From NCBI GenBank assembly GCA_965214705.1, contig CBDCCI010000002.1:576001-640000 (forward strand): DNA of 64,000 bases, in the 5' to 3' direction. Below, piece by piece: positions 52,194-62,111 of the stretch. This DNA is from Alphaproteobacteria bacterium. GTDB taxonomy: Bacteria; Pseudomonadota; Alphaproteobacteria; UBA828. The stretch's first letter is position 1. Every line of letters begins with the position of its first letter. The translations under genes and the position numbers were made by a program. The notes under the pieces are model-generated. The model made no database searches. It was given only the letters and a program-made list of their open reading frames with translations, and was not told the origin of the DNA.

Positions 52194-53804
52194 ATGAGTT
52201 TAGAGCCACACGCCTACGCGCTCGCGGGCGTTTGGGATCTCGCGGAAGCGCTGTACGACGAGGCTGGTTGGAAACCTCAGTACAGCCCCGCTGACGCCGA
52301 TACCCTCATAGCATGGAAGCACCTGCCAGAGTCAAAGTGCGCGCCTCCGCAAATCGTAAGTGCCGGAAAACGTATCATGCTCGCCATGGCTGGAGAAGGC
52401 AGTGGTGCCTTGGAAGGCTTCCGGATCTACCAGGTACCGATATCCTCCCGACCCAAGCATGCAATGCGCATTGAAGACGACAGAGGTAACGCATTCGAGG
52501 GCATCGAATGGCATCGCGATGTGCTCGAAAAACCACGGGGGAGCAGGCGTGAAATCGAAGACACCGATCTGCGGTCAAACGAGCGATGGCTAACGGCAAT
52601 CTGGACCCTCTCTGGGCGGATCCACGCGGTCGAGAGATGGATGGAGAAGGCGGCGAATGGAGTCTGGGAATGGGTCGACGACGCGTTTCTGGATCCGTAC
52701 GGGCTGGGTTACGAGCCTACTATGGAGGTGCTGGTCGAGCACGCCCGAACGCTCCATCCGGTGCTGGCCGATCTTTCCGCAAGCCCGCGCAAGGTGCTGC
52801 GCAGGATCCACCGAACTGTCCCAGTCGGCGCTGCGACGGAGATGGATGATCGGACCCTCCGCTGGCTCGTGAAGCAGCCCGGACGCGATACCGCGGAGCG
52901 CGCCGGCACGCGGCAGACTGTATTCGCGCCAGTGCGCGAGGAAAGTCTCGATACCCTCGAGAACCGAACGCTGCGAGCGGTTGCGGAAATGAGCACGCGG
53001 CTGGTCGGAGAGTCCGTCGTAAGGGATCCGAAGAAGCGCGAATTGCTCGCAGCTTACCGTCGGCGATGCCGCACTTTGGACCGCGACTTGCGACTGCGCG
53101 GTGTGAGGACCGTTCAGCCGGGTGTATCACCCAACTACGTTCTGCAGCACGATGCACGGTACCAGACCGTATGGTCCGCTTGGCAGGCGCTGATCAGGCA
53201 CGACCGGGCAAGAGACTTAGTGTGGATCTGGCAGAGCCGCAGCTGGGAGGAATTTTGTCTCCTGTTTGCTCTGGTGGCGTGTCGGATGCAAACGCAACTC
53301 ATGACGCCCCTTGCGGAAATGCCACTCCAAGCGCGCAGCGAACAGCGCGAAGGAAAGTGGATCGCGTTACACGAGCCCGCAATGGTGTTTTTTCCAGTCA
53401 AGGATGAGCATAAGTGGACTATCGAGGTGCATCCGCCGATGATCGACAGCTATCAAGGCAGTCCGCCGGGAGCAGCCGCCTGCCTTCACCTTAACTCTTG
53501 GAACGGACAGACGTTGGGACGGATGCCAGTTTTCGCGCTGCACAGCTTTCGAAAGGCCACAAAGAGAGAAGATCTTGCTGGCCTCCAGCGGACGTGCGAA
53601 CTCATGCAGCGTAAGGAGAAATCGCTCGGCAAGGTGTATGGCGTTGCTCTGCGCTCGGTGTTTGATCGCAGCAGCTGTGAGACAGAGTCGACACTAGACG
53701 GACGGCTCATGCGCGCGGCCATTGAACCGGGCAGCGCGTTGACCGAGCCAATGGATCACTTTGGGCATCACATTGAGGCATGGCTTCGGGACGCAACAGC
53801 ATGA
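52194..53804 (+). CDS. DUF2357/McrC-like protein (CnuC-like)
   Basis: PRKVLRR, EESLDTLENR, PNYVLQHDARYQTVW; directly follows the McrB-like gene. Confidence 0.75.
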   Translation: MSLEPHAYALAGVWDLAEALYDEAGWKPQYSPADADTLIAWKHLPESKCAPPQIVSAGKRIMLAMAGEGSGALEGFRIYQVPISSRPKHAMRIEDDRGNAFEGIEWHRDVLEKPRGSRREIEDTDLRSNERWLTAIWTLSGRIHAVERWMEKAANGVWEWVDDAFLDPYGLGYEPTMEVLVEHARTLHPVLADLSASPRKVLRRIHRTVPVGAATEMDDRTLRWLVKQPGRDTAERAGTRQTVFAPVREESLDTLENRTLRAVAEMSTRLVGESVVRDPKKRELLAAYRRRCRTLDRDLRLRGVRTVQPGVSPNYVLQHDARYQTVWSAWQALIRHDRARDLVWIWQSRSWEEFCLLFALVACRMQTQLMTPLAEMPLQARSEQREGKWIALHEPAMVFFPVKDEHKWTIEVHPPMIDSYQGSPPGAAACLHLNSWNGQTLGRMPVFALHSFRKATKREDLAGLQRTCELMQRKEKSLGKVYGVALRSVFDRSSCETESTLDGRLMRAAIEPGSALTEPMDHFGHHIEAWLRDATA

Positions 53805-56584
53805 AGAAGGAGCGTCGGACGAAGACGCTGACGGGCCTCGATCTGAACGGGCTTCTAGATTATTGCGCACGAGAGCCTGGGCGTGCGCCAGAAGAGTCCG
53901 GAGAGGTACACTGCAACCGGTTCGGATGGCGTTCCGTCGCTGCGCGAATCGATGACAGAGAACATCTCGGTGATGTCATTGCAGGGCCGCAGGCCGAGCG
54001 CTCACCTTACGGTCGCGGAGCCGGATACGGCGAGCATGTGGGCGATCCCCGTCGTCGACTCGAGTTTTGCGAAATCTGGGAAAAAATTGAAGATGGCCTA
54101 TGGGAAGAACGGGAAGGCGGCAACGAGGCCGGTCCAGATGGAGAAGAAATTGCGCAATCGGTTGCACCGCACGTCAAGGATGAGCGTCGCCCGGTTCCAG
54201 GATCAGAGCGCAACACCACCCTGCTCCAAGCCGTAAACAAGATTGGGAATCGTAATCAAGGACGGCACAAACCAGAGCCAGAGACCGACGCGACAGTCGG
54301 AAACCCAAGGGCAGTTCGCCGACCTACTCTTGGCGAAGCGCTACGGGCTGGGATAATAGGCACAGCACCCAGTGCACAGCGTGCGGTGCTGGTTATATCG
54401 GACGTCCCGGGGATGGATGAAGCCGCGCAGGCGCGAATCCTTGATGAGCTCGCTCGGACAAGGTTGGGAGGATGCACCATTGACCTTCTCTGGCGGCCGG
54501 TAGCTGTCGTTCTCGGAATTCTGAACGAGGGAAGAAAACACCACGAAAACAACCCTGAGAGTCGAGCAAGGAAAGTACTACAACAAGCGTGGGAAAACTC
54601 TGCGAGACCGATTTCCCTCGTAGTATTAATCGCTGGTACGAAAGGGCTTGAGACCCAACAGCTCTTGCTCCGCCCATGGAAGGGAAGATTACTTCCAGAA
54701 CGAAAAGAGTATGGGCAGCGGATGGAATGGAAGGGGGATTGGACCGCTAGAATTCTCGAGATCCGACGACAGATCCAGGAAGACAGCGGACACGAGGCAG
54801 TGGAATTGCTCAATCGGCAGACGAGATTAGTCGAATGCATTGCTGCCGGAGAAAGTACCCTAATGCACTTGGACTCTCAAAATGCCATACGAGACGACAC
54901 GGGAACCTGGAAGAAGATCGCGATAAAGCAACCATCGCCGTTTCGCGAGATACTGCTGCCGAAGAAGGCGGTGCAAGCGACAAGAGACGCCAGATATGTG
55001 CTGCTTTACTCACCAGCGGGCTGCACAATGACCCGAGCGCTGGAGTTGGCCCTAGAAAAACAAGGCGTCGCCGTGGAGAGTACCTTGAAGCTCAGTGCCG
55101 ACAGCGCTGCTTGGGGAGCACTTGAGGCTGCACGGCGCTTAGAACAAGGCGAGGCACCCTATCTGGATCACCTGCCGCAGCTCGACCTATGGGCGACACA
55201 GACTGACGGTACTCAAGACTGGTCTACGCTAATTCCTGCGGGGGAGATGATCGAAGCGGGAAAGACTTACCGGACGCAAGAACCGATTCCATTTGAGATG
55301 CCGGCAAGAATGCGACGCCTTGACTTTAGGCTGAAGAAAGGAGAGGAGACACGGGAGAAAATCCAACCGTTGGAGGAGCCTCCGTCTACGAAGCACGAGG
55401 TGCAGGTTTATGCCGAACAACGACCGGTCTCCGGATACGCAACGTGCACGGTTGCCTCGAAGAGCTACGAACCGTTACGACGGTCACCGCTCCGTTTCAG
55501 ATGGAGTGATCTCTGCCGTGACGCCGATCAGCGCCGCGGAATAAATCTGGATAGACTTGCACCAGATCTTGTGGAATACGAAACAGATCCCCGCTTTTGG
55601 CTCGGCCCGAATAGTACCGAGCCCACCCTGGACGCGTTTCTCACCGCACACACCAAGGACGACACCGCACCGCGACACGCTCGAGACAGACTGTACCGCA
55701 AGCTAACGAGAACTTCTCCGCCGGGGTCAGGAATCCCAACTGGGCGCAGGCATGTAGTAAGCTCTTCAGGCAGACTACCGGATGCGGCTCAGATCGGCGA
55801 AGAAAACTTGACGAGAATAGAACACAAGCTGGATAGAGTGCTCCATGTGCTGGCCACTGATTTGGACGCGTATATCCAGCGACCCACTAGCGAAAAACCA
55901 GGGGTAACAAACCGGCGACACCTACCTGCGACGTGGTGTTTCGTGAGGTGTCCAGTCTCGATCCAGGACCATATTATCGAGCAGGTCGGTAAGAGCGCGA
56001 TTGATTTCCCCATTAACCTGGCCGACCCTCTCCGAGTCACGAATGAATGGGCCGCAGTTGCGTGTTACCACGGGCTCGGACGTACTGTCTCAGACTCCCG
56101 CCGGATTAGGAAAGTATTCCAACTTATCCTCGACCATGGAGAGCCAGGAAGAAGAGGCGAACGACTGGCATGTCTCTCGCACATTATCAGTCGAAGAGAA
56201 ACCGCGGCGAAAATCATCTTGGAGAACCAAGATTGCTTGGTGCATGCAGTAACGCTTGGCATACGTGCTTTGGAACAACTCATAGTCGGAGAGTGGGACA
56301 TTGTATGGAAGGCCAAGAAGGAAATGAACAATCGCTCCCTTTTTCGTTACGCGATGCTGCTCCTCGGGGGTCTTTGCAGAGTTCGACTTCTAGACTCCGA
56401 GGCACTACCACCGAACGGATCGCTGGCCCGCGATGCGGTGCATGCACTTAAGGACGCCTCACAGTTGGATTGGGTGCAGGCCCGAAAGGACACAGCTACG
56501 GCGGCTAGGAAGATTATTGATTACCTAGAAGGACATGGATCAGATTCGACAGTGCTCAGAGTAATCGACTCCGAGAAAGGATAA
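53801..56584 (+). CDS. Divergent Hsp70/actin-fold protein with helical C-terminal region
   Basis: LTGLDLNG (phosphate-1-like), LLWRPVAVVL (EPTAAAL position), DSAAWGALEAARRL (connect-2-like); ATGA-coupled. Confidence 0.62.
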   Translation: MKKERRTKTLTGLDLNGLLDYCAREPGRAPEESGEVHCNRFGWRSVAARIDDREHLGDVIAGPQAERSPYGRGAGYGEHVGDPRRRLEFCEIWEKIEDGLWEEREGGNEAGPDGEEIAQSVAPHVKDERRPVPGSERNTTLLQAVNKIGNRNQGRHKPEPETDATVGNPRAVRRPTLGEALRAGIIGTAPSAQRAVLVISDVPGMDEAAQARILDELARTRLGGCTIDLLWRPVAVVLGILNEGRKHHENNPESRARKVLQQAWENSARPISLVVLIAGTKGLETQQLLLRPWKGRLLPERKEYGQRMEWKGDWTARILEIRRQIQEDSGHEAVELLNRQTRLVECIAAGESTLMHLDSQNAIRDDTGTWKKIAIKQPSPFREILLPKKAVQATRDARYVLLYSPAGCTMTRALELALEKQGVAVESTLKLSADSAAWGALEAARRLEQGEAPYLDHLPQLDLWATQTDGTQDWSTLIPAGEMIEAGKTYRTQEPIPFEMPARMRRLDFRLKKGEETREKIQPLEEPPSTKHEVQVYAEQRPVSGYATCTVASKSYEPLRRSPLRFRWSDLCRDADQRRGINLDRLAPDLVEYETDPRFWLGPNSTEPTLDAFLTAHTKDDTAPRHARDRLYRKLTRTSPPGSGIPTGRRHVVSSSGRLPDAAQIGEENLTRIEHKLDRVLHVLATDLDAYIQRPTSEKPGVTNRRHLPATWCFVRCPVSIQDHIIEQVGKSAIDFPINLADPLRVTNEWAAVACYHGLGRTVSDSRRIRKVFQLILDHGEPGRRGERLACLSHIISRRETAAKIILENQDCLVHAVTLGIRALEQLIVGEWDIVWKAKKEMNNRSLFRYAMLLLGGLCRVRLLDSEALPPNGSLARDAVHALKDASQLDWVQARKDTATAARKIIDYLEGHGSDSTVLRVIDSEKG

Positions 56585-56719
56585 GTCCAGATCGTTTCGT
56601 GACATCTCTCTGGTGTCCCGTCCGCAAAGTTCACATTGTTCAATCAGCATCGTCGATTCGGGGGTATAGTGATGCAACCATTGTTTGAGAGCAAACAAAG
56701 TAGGGATGATTGGAGCGAG

Positions 56720-57400
56720 CTTAGGCATCTCGCGCGGGGGCGCAAGGTCTCTCATGGTGAAGCTTGATCTGAGCCTGCCGCTGTGGCGGCGGTCGTTCGC
56801 ATGCAGGACCTGTGTCGCTGGTGTAGCGCTTCCTGGCGGCGGTCAAGCGGGCGCTGGACCGGCCTTGCAGAAATCGTTCAGGCGGACGAGACCTTCTCGT
56901 TTTGGAGAACTGGACGGAGGAGCGGAAGCTCGCCCGCAAGCCGCGACGGCGCGGTGGCAAAGCCAAGAAGCGCGGCCTCTCGCGAGCAGGTGCCGATTCT
57001 GGTCGCCACCGACCGTGGCGGGAGACCCCGAGCCACACCCTGTCCGCGCTGAACGCAGAGAACGAGAAGGCGGTGCTGGAAACGGTCATCGCCTGCGATG
57101 CCTTGCTCGTATCCCACGCGGACCGCTGCTATCCGCCCGTCGCGGCGGCGCTTGACCTCCGTATCAACGCGTCTGGTGGCGAGCGGGTCCGGTGCGCTAC
57201 GCACATCCAGACGGTCAACAGCCGCCAGAGTAAGATCAAGGGCATTGTGCGCAGGCGGCGTAGCATCGCCACCAAGTACCGCGACAGCAATCTGAGGTGG
57301 CTCCATCTGATCGCACTCGGCGAACGGCTATCGCCGAGTGCGTGTCTCAAGGCGGAGATGGCGAAGCCATGCCTACGTTCTGCCATTTGAACCAAACCAA
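56720..57400 (+). pseudogene. IS1595 (ISXO2-like) transposase remnant
   Basis: RRRGGKAKKRGLS, EQVPILVATDRG, HIQTVNS, IATKY..LRW across frameshifts. Confidence 0.8.
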
Positions 57401-57599
57401 ATCCTAGAGTGGCTCGGTTCGCTGCCGCGGGTAACCGTTCCGAGAGGCCGTGCCGATCCGGACAACTAGGGGTGGCGGACGGCCGAATGGCGCAGATATC
57501 CGTCATTTCAGACGCCAAGCGCAGCGGCGGGCCGCTCGGCTCCACGGCCTCTCGGAACGTGTGTGGACGCCCCGTTTGACGCAAGCATTTTCTTCGGTC

Positions 57600-57780
57600 G
57601 GCTCAGCGCATGCGGTCAGGTGCTGTCGTGTGTCCGGCCTCTCAATGCGGCACGTCACACGCCGCGGGCCCTCATGGAGATGCGCGGATCGGGTCCATAT
57701 CGCTTACGCGAGCTCGAAGGCTCTGCATCCGAAAGCTGGTTTTCCCGACCCCGTCTCGATTGACCGTTTGCCCTTGCCTT
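57600..57780 (-). ncRNA. Putative bridge/seek RNA of IS110 element 2 (limits approximate)
   Basis: Ordered segments matching target and donor (see findings). Confidence 0.68.
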
Positions 57781-57827
57781 TCCTCAGACCTGCCCGCGTC
57801 CCCGACAACTACCCGCTTTGACGCCTC

Positions 57828-58850
57828 TCAGGCGGCTGCGGGAGCCCGATAACGCTCCTTCTTCGTCATCAGCGCCCACACGATGCGCGCCATCCGGTTG
57901 GCCAGCGCCACGGCGACCAGCATGCGCGGCTTGCGCATCAGCATCCTGGCGAGCCACGGGTCGCTCGTCCGGCCCCGCCGAACAGCCCAGCGGACGACCG
58001 CCATTGCGCCCGTGATCAGCAGTCGCCTGAGATCGCGCTGGCCCATCTTCGATATCTTGCCTAGCCGCGGCTTGCCGCCGGTCGAGTGCTGGCGCGGCAC
58101 CAGGCCGAGCCAGGCGGCGAAGTCCCGGCCGCGCCGGAAGCCCTCCATCGGCGGCGCGAAAGCCTGGATCGCCATCGCCGTGATCGGGCCGATCCCCGGC
58201 ACGCTCATCAGGCGCTGCGCTTCCGCATCCTGCCGCGCGCTCGCATGGATGTCCTTCTCCAGGCCGTCGATCTTCTCGGTGAGGCCGGCGACCTGTTCGA
58301 ACAGGAGGCTGCCCAACTCGCGGACCGCATCCGGCAGGCCCGAGTCCGGATCCTCGAGCGCCGACGCCAAGCGGGCGACATGAGCGGGGCCCTGGGCCGC
58401 AACAACGCCGAACTCCGCCAGATGGCCGCGTAGCGCGTTGATGGTCTGGGTGCGCTGGCGCACCAGCAGATCGCGGGTCCGGAACAGCATCACCCGACCC
58501 TGCTGTTCCGCCGTCTTGACCGCCACGAAACTCATCGTCGGACGCGACGACGCCTCGCAGATCGCCTCTGCATCCGCGGCGTCGTTCTTCCCACGCTTGA
58601 CGTAAGGCTTGACATATTGGGGTGGGATCAACCTCACCGTGTGACCCAGATCGCCGATCTCCCGGCCCCAGTAATGAGCGCCGGCGCAGGCCTCCATCGC
58701 CACCTGGCAACTCGGCTGGGAAGCCAGAAACTCCAGCACTTTCCCTCGGCTCAGCTTCTTGCGGAATACGACCGACCCGTCGCTGCCCGCGCCGTGCAGT
58801 TGAAAGCTGTTCTTCGCAAGATCGATCCCGATCATGGTAGCTTGGTCCAT
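57828..58850 (-). CDS. IS110/IS1111 recombinase/transposase
   Basis: GIDLAK, MEAC, KNDAADAEAI, WLGLVPRQHSTGGK, VALANRMAR. Confidence 0.95.
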   Translation of the reverse strand: MDQATMIGIDLAKNSFQLHGAGSDGSVVFRKKLSRGKVLEFLASQPSCQVAMEACAGAHYWGREIGDLGHTVRLIPPQYVKPYVKRGKNDAADAEAICEASSRPTMSFVAVKTAEQQGRVMLFRTRDLLVRQRTQTINALRGHLAEFGVVAAQGPAHVARLASALEDPDSGLPDAVRELGSLLFEQVAGLTEKIDGLEKDIHASARQDAEAQRLMSVPGIGPITAMAIQAFAPPMEGFRRGRDFAAWLGLVPRQHSTGGKPRLGKISKMGQRDLRRLLITGAMAVVRWAVRRGRTSDPWLARMLMRKPRMLVAVALANRMARIVWALMTKKERYRAPAAA

Positions 58851-59153
58851 GGACGCCCCTTTCCTCTCTTGGCGTTAACACCACCGCCAACATGGCACAT
58901 CGCGATGCCGCCGGGAGGGGCGTCCACTCCATCGCTTACGGCTATCAAAGCCGAAGAGACGGCCATGGTCATGCGAACCGCAATGAGGGAAGAAACGTGG
59001 GATGCACGCTACCAAGACAATTAAATATCACGTAAATTCAAACCGCTAAAGAGAGTTCGTGGCGGAGCGAGCGCCCGGCGATTGAGGGAAATGAAAGAGT
59101 CAGCGCCCGCCGTTGAGGGAAACGAAAATGCTCGCGACCGGTTGCCGGCTGTT

Positions 59154-59173
59154 CAGACTAGTCGTATAGTCTG
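59154..59173 (+). promoter_or_regulatory. Palindromic operator upstream of TA operon
   Basis: CAGACTA-N6-TAGTCTG just upstream of a TATAAG -10-like hexamer; type II TA operons are typically autorepressed. Confidence 0.6.
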
Positions 59174-59197
59174 GTATAAGCGAATGTGGAGGCGGCG

Positions 59198-59440
59198 ATG
59201 GACCGGATCGGTGCCTACGAGGCCAAGACGCACCTGCCTCGGTTGCTCGACCGCGTCGCGCGGGGCGAGAGCCTGACCATCACGCGCCACGGCAAGCCCG
59301 TCGCGCGGCTGGTACCCGTGGCGGGCGACCGCGAGCGGGCAAGGGAAGCCGCCGCCCGCATCGTCGAACGCCGCCGTCACCTCAAGCGGGTGCCCCTGGC
59401 GGACCTGCTGGCGACGATCCACGAGGGACACCGATATTGA
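59198..59440 (+). CDS. Phd/YefM-family antitoxin
   Basis: IGAYEAKTHLPRLLDRVARGESLTITRHGKPVARLVP. Confidence 0.92.
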   Translation: MDRIGAYEAKTHLPRLLDRVARGESLTITRHGKPVARLVPVAGDRERAREAAARIVERRRHLKRVPLADLLATIHEGHRY

Positions 59441-59862
59441 CGGCCATCGTCATCGACAACTCGGTATTCCTGTCCTGGTGCCTGGGAGACGAGGACGATC
59501 CCAGAGCAGCCCACGCCATGCGGCGGGTCGCGGAGGAAGGCGGCGTCGTTCCCCGCATCTGGTGGTACGAGTTGCGCAACGCGCTGCTGATGAACGAGCG
59601 CCGGGGCCGCATCAGCCCGCAGCAGGTCTCGGATACCCTCGACGACAGTCTGGCGCTGGGTATTGCCATCGACGACGAGCACGATGCGTCGCTGCTTCTC
59701 GCGCTGGCGCGCCGGCAGGAGTTCTCCGTCTACGACGCCGCCTATCTGGAGGTCGCCTTCCGCCGCAGCCTTCCGCTGGCAACGCTCGACCGGCGTCTCC
59801 ACGAGGCAGCCGAGGCGATCGGGGTAGCCACGAACGGCCCCCAACAACCGTCCCCTGCCTGA
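59437..59862 (+). CDS. vapC: PIN-domain toxin VapC
   Basis: IVIDNSV, WWYELRNAL, SVYDAAYLEVA, PLATLDRRL. Confidence 0.92.
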   Translation: MTAIVIDNSVFLSWCLGDEDDPRAAHAMRRVAEEGGVVPRIWWYELRNALLMNERRGRISPQQVSDTLDDSLALGIAIDDEHDASLLLALARRQEFSVYDAAYLEVAFRRSLPLATLDRRLHEAAEAIGVATNGPQQPSPA

Positions 59863-60169
59863 TGTGGCCTGAGACGGCAATGACCTGACAGTTCGGTTCG
59901 CTGCCCGGCGACAGACCAGGTGTCCGCCATGTAGGGAGCCGGGCTGCGAAGCAGTCCGGACGGCGCGAACGCGCCGCGCGCGTCGCGCGGAACGCGCGCG
60001 GAATCAGGTATCGAGCGCCGGGCGATTGAGGGAAATAAAAGAGTCAGTTCCCCGCGGCGCCTCACTCAAACTTCTAACCCTGGTAGCGAAAAACGGCCTC
60101 GGCGCGGTTGTCGATAGCACTAAAAGTGCTAATTTGTCGACGCTTAACGTACTCCTTGCTAAATTGTCA

Positions 60170-60991
60170 TTAAGACTCTTGGTAGACTTGCTCGTCCAAC
60201 TGTCTACCGACTTCATTTACCAGTACTGAACACAATGGTGGAAGCAACTTCGTAAATTTTAGTACTGTCTTGTCGTCGAGCTCTCCCTCCCAATTTCCGG
60301 TATGAGACACTATATTACGTCCTTTTACCAAAAACTCCATTGACTCCCGCACTGCTTTCGCACAGGCTCTTGTTCTTTGTTCTCCCATCAGTTCCCTTAT
60401 CGAGCCTTCAGCTCCGAATCTATCCCAATCCACCGCCACTCCCATTCGTCCCAGAAACCTTCCCATGTTCTCCGGACTCATAATACCGTGAGAAAATGAA
60501 AAACAGGTCGCATTCAAAGCGAAATCGGCTCCCCCTTCGTGACAGGACCCGAGAGTCCGCGCCAAGTCGATATAGTCATACTCCCTATACGTTGTTCCAC
60601 CTTTAACACTTTGCAGAACTTGGCCGGTTCTAAAAACATTTTCGTGACGTATCTTTTCAGACACGTCCTCAATCTCATCACACTGCTGACTCACCGCGAA
60701 GACTGCCTTTTCAACAAGTTCTCTCACGAAATGTTCAAACGACCCATAACATACTACCAACAACGATCTTAATGTCGTTGGCAAACTTGCGTCTCTCAGT
60801 TGCATAAACTCGGTTGCTAGCTCGCGCTCATAGTCCTGCATACTATCCCAATTCAACATCCCACCCAGACGTGGTCGTAATGTAATCGAAGCAGACATTA
60901 AGGCTATAGTTGCCTCGACTTCAGAAAGCTTAGCGATCAATTCTCTTTCAGCGCTGATTATTTCTGCGTCTAAAGTACTAGATATAGGCAT
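60170..60991 (-). CDS. HEPN-domain protein (MAE_28990-like)
   Basis: LVVCYGSFEHFV and RNIVSH (RX4H) motif. Confidence 0.78.
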   Translation of the reverse strand: MPISSTLDAEIISAERELIAKLSEVEATIALMSASITLRPRLGGMLNWDSMQDYERELATEFMQLRDASLPTTLRSLLVVCYGSFEHFVRELVEKAVFAVSQQCDEIEDVSEKIRHENVFRTGQVLQSVKGGTTYREYDYIDLARTLGSCHEGGADFALNATCFSFSHGIMSPENMGRFLGRMGVAVDWDRFGAEGSIRELMGEQRTRACAKAVRESMEFLVKGRNIVSHTGNWEGELDDKTVLKFTKLLPPLCSVLVNEVGRQLDEQVYQES

Positions 60992-62111
60992 TGAGGAAAT
61001 CCCTGAGAATCGTTTGACGCTCCCTTATCGCAGTGGCTGTATTGGGCCGTCCTGTGATTATCTCATAAACATATTCGTCTTCAAGCATTTTCAGTAGGTC
61101 GGAGTGAAGATTAGCTCGCTGTAACAGCAATCGCTCCCTGCTATCAAAATGTCGGTCCAACGCCACCATTGTCGCATCGTATAACGGTATTGACAGCTTG
61201 CCGGAGTTGTCCTCTTGCGGTATACGGAATGTACGTTTCCCGAACAACTCTCTCGCCAAATCTAGACGCGTCAAAAACAGTTTTCGAAAATCTGCCACTT
61301 GGTCTTCAGTGATTGAGCGATACTCTTTCATGCAGTTATCAAGGATTCGTTTTACTGCCCCGTGGAGCTTGGACGACCTTCGAAACGCGAAAAAACGCAA
61401 AACCAGTTCACAATCCGTCATTCTCTTGAAGTAGCGGTTCTCGCGTAGTACGACGTTGACTTGGCCGCTTCGAATATTGTCGTCGTATGGGGGTATATCC
61501 CAAACCTCATTGAACGAGCGTGTTCCAGCAAGCTCCACTAATAGGTCATTAAATGGTCCGGAGTAAATGCAATTTCTCAGTTCCTGCGCATTAAGGTTTT
61601 GACCACCTGTATTCAATCGGTCAAAGACGGTGTGGCGTACATCGCTGACCGAGGATAGTTTGCCGCCACTTTCAGCCAACAAAACCACCGCGGAGAGTCG
61701 GCGACGATCTATGCCGCGTTGAATCTTGGGAGGACAATCGTCGTAGTTTCTGCCGTTCAATACACTCCAAGTTTTCAGCCCTCTCAATTTAAACCTGTTG
61801 CTGTAAAAGTCTACTATGGTGTTAAGTCGCTGCTGACCATCCATAGTCTCGTATCGGCTGAGGTCATATTCGAAAAGAAATACTGGAGGAATGGGAACAT
61901 TCATCAAAAGCGATTCGATGAGTAGAGATTTTTTCTTCACGTCCCACACAAGGCGACGTTGGTACTCAGGGTGAAGGTTAATCCAGCGGTTAGTTTTAAT
62001 GAAATCTACAATTTGCGGCAACAGAAAGTCGTTTCGTTCTTGGTGAAGGCGGTATTCACCGGCGTCATAAAGATCTTCTATTTCTCGATCGGTTAGAGAA
62101 GACCGTGACAT
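60978..62111 (-). CDS. DUF262 (GmrS/ParB-like) protein
   Basis: PEYQRRLVW, LIESLLMNVPIPP, DGQQRL, FDRLNTGG..LNAQELRN. Confidence 0.9.
   Translation of the reverse strand: MSRSSLTDREIEDLYDAGEYRLHQERNDFLLPQIVDFIKTNRWINLHPEYQRRLVWDVKKKSLLIESLLMNVPIPPVFLFEYDLSRYETMDGQQRLNTIVDFYSNRFKLRGLKTWSVLNGRNYDDCPPKIQRGIDRRRLSAVVLLAESGGKLSSVSDVRHTVFDRLNTGGQNLNAQELRNCIYSGPFNDLLVELAGTRSFNEVWDIPPYDDNIRSGQVNVVLRENRYFKRMTDCELVLRFFAFRRSSKLHGAVKRILDNCMKEYRSITEDQVADFRKLFLTRLDLARELFGKRTFRIPQEDNSGKLSIPLYDATMVALDRHFDSRERLLLQRANLHSDLLKMLEDEYVYEIITGRPNTATAIRERQTILRDFLNAYI

Larger units (their letters stand above)
57560..58932 (-). mobile_element. IS110/IS1111-family element 2 (1373 bp)
   Basis: Subterminal IR GTGGACGCCCC at both ends; CG core at 57558-59 and 58933-34. 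Confidence 0.85.
57431..58939. repeat. Short element with 22-bp IS66-like terminal inverted repeats, one arm interrupted by IS110 element 2
   Basis: GTAACCGTTCCGAGAGGCCGTG (57431-57452) vs reconstituted CACGGCCTCTCGGAACG+CTTAC, 21/22 complementary. Confidence 0.7.
59068..60047 (+). repeat. 36-bp direct repeats (59068-59103, 60012-60047) bracketing the TA pair
   Basis: CGAGCGCC(C/G)GGCGATTGAGGGAAAT(G/A)AAAGAGTCAG, 34/36 identical; degenerate third copy ~59103-59127. Confidence 0.85.

Noticed and set aside
58933-58940. Alternative IS110 end at 58940 with ACG overlap
   Set aside because: It also restores the inverted repeat, but only the CG-core junction fits all four guide segments in order.
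59068-60047. CRISPR array from 36-bp repeats
   Set aside because: Only two full copies about 0.9 kb apart with genes between, and no cas genes.
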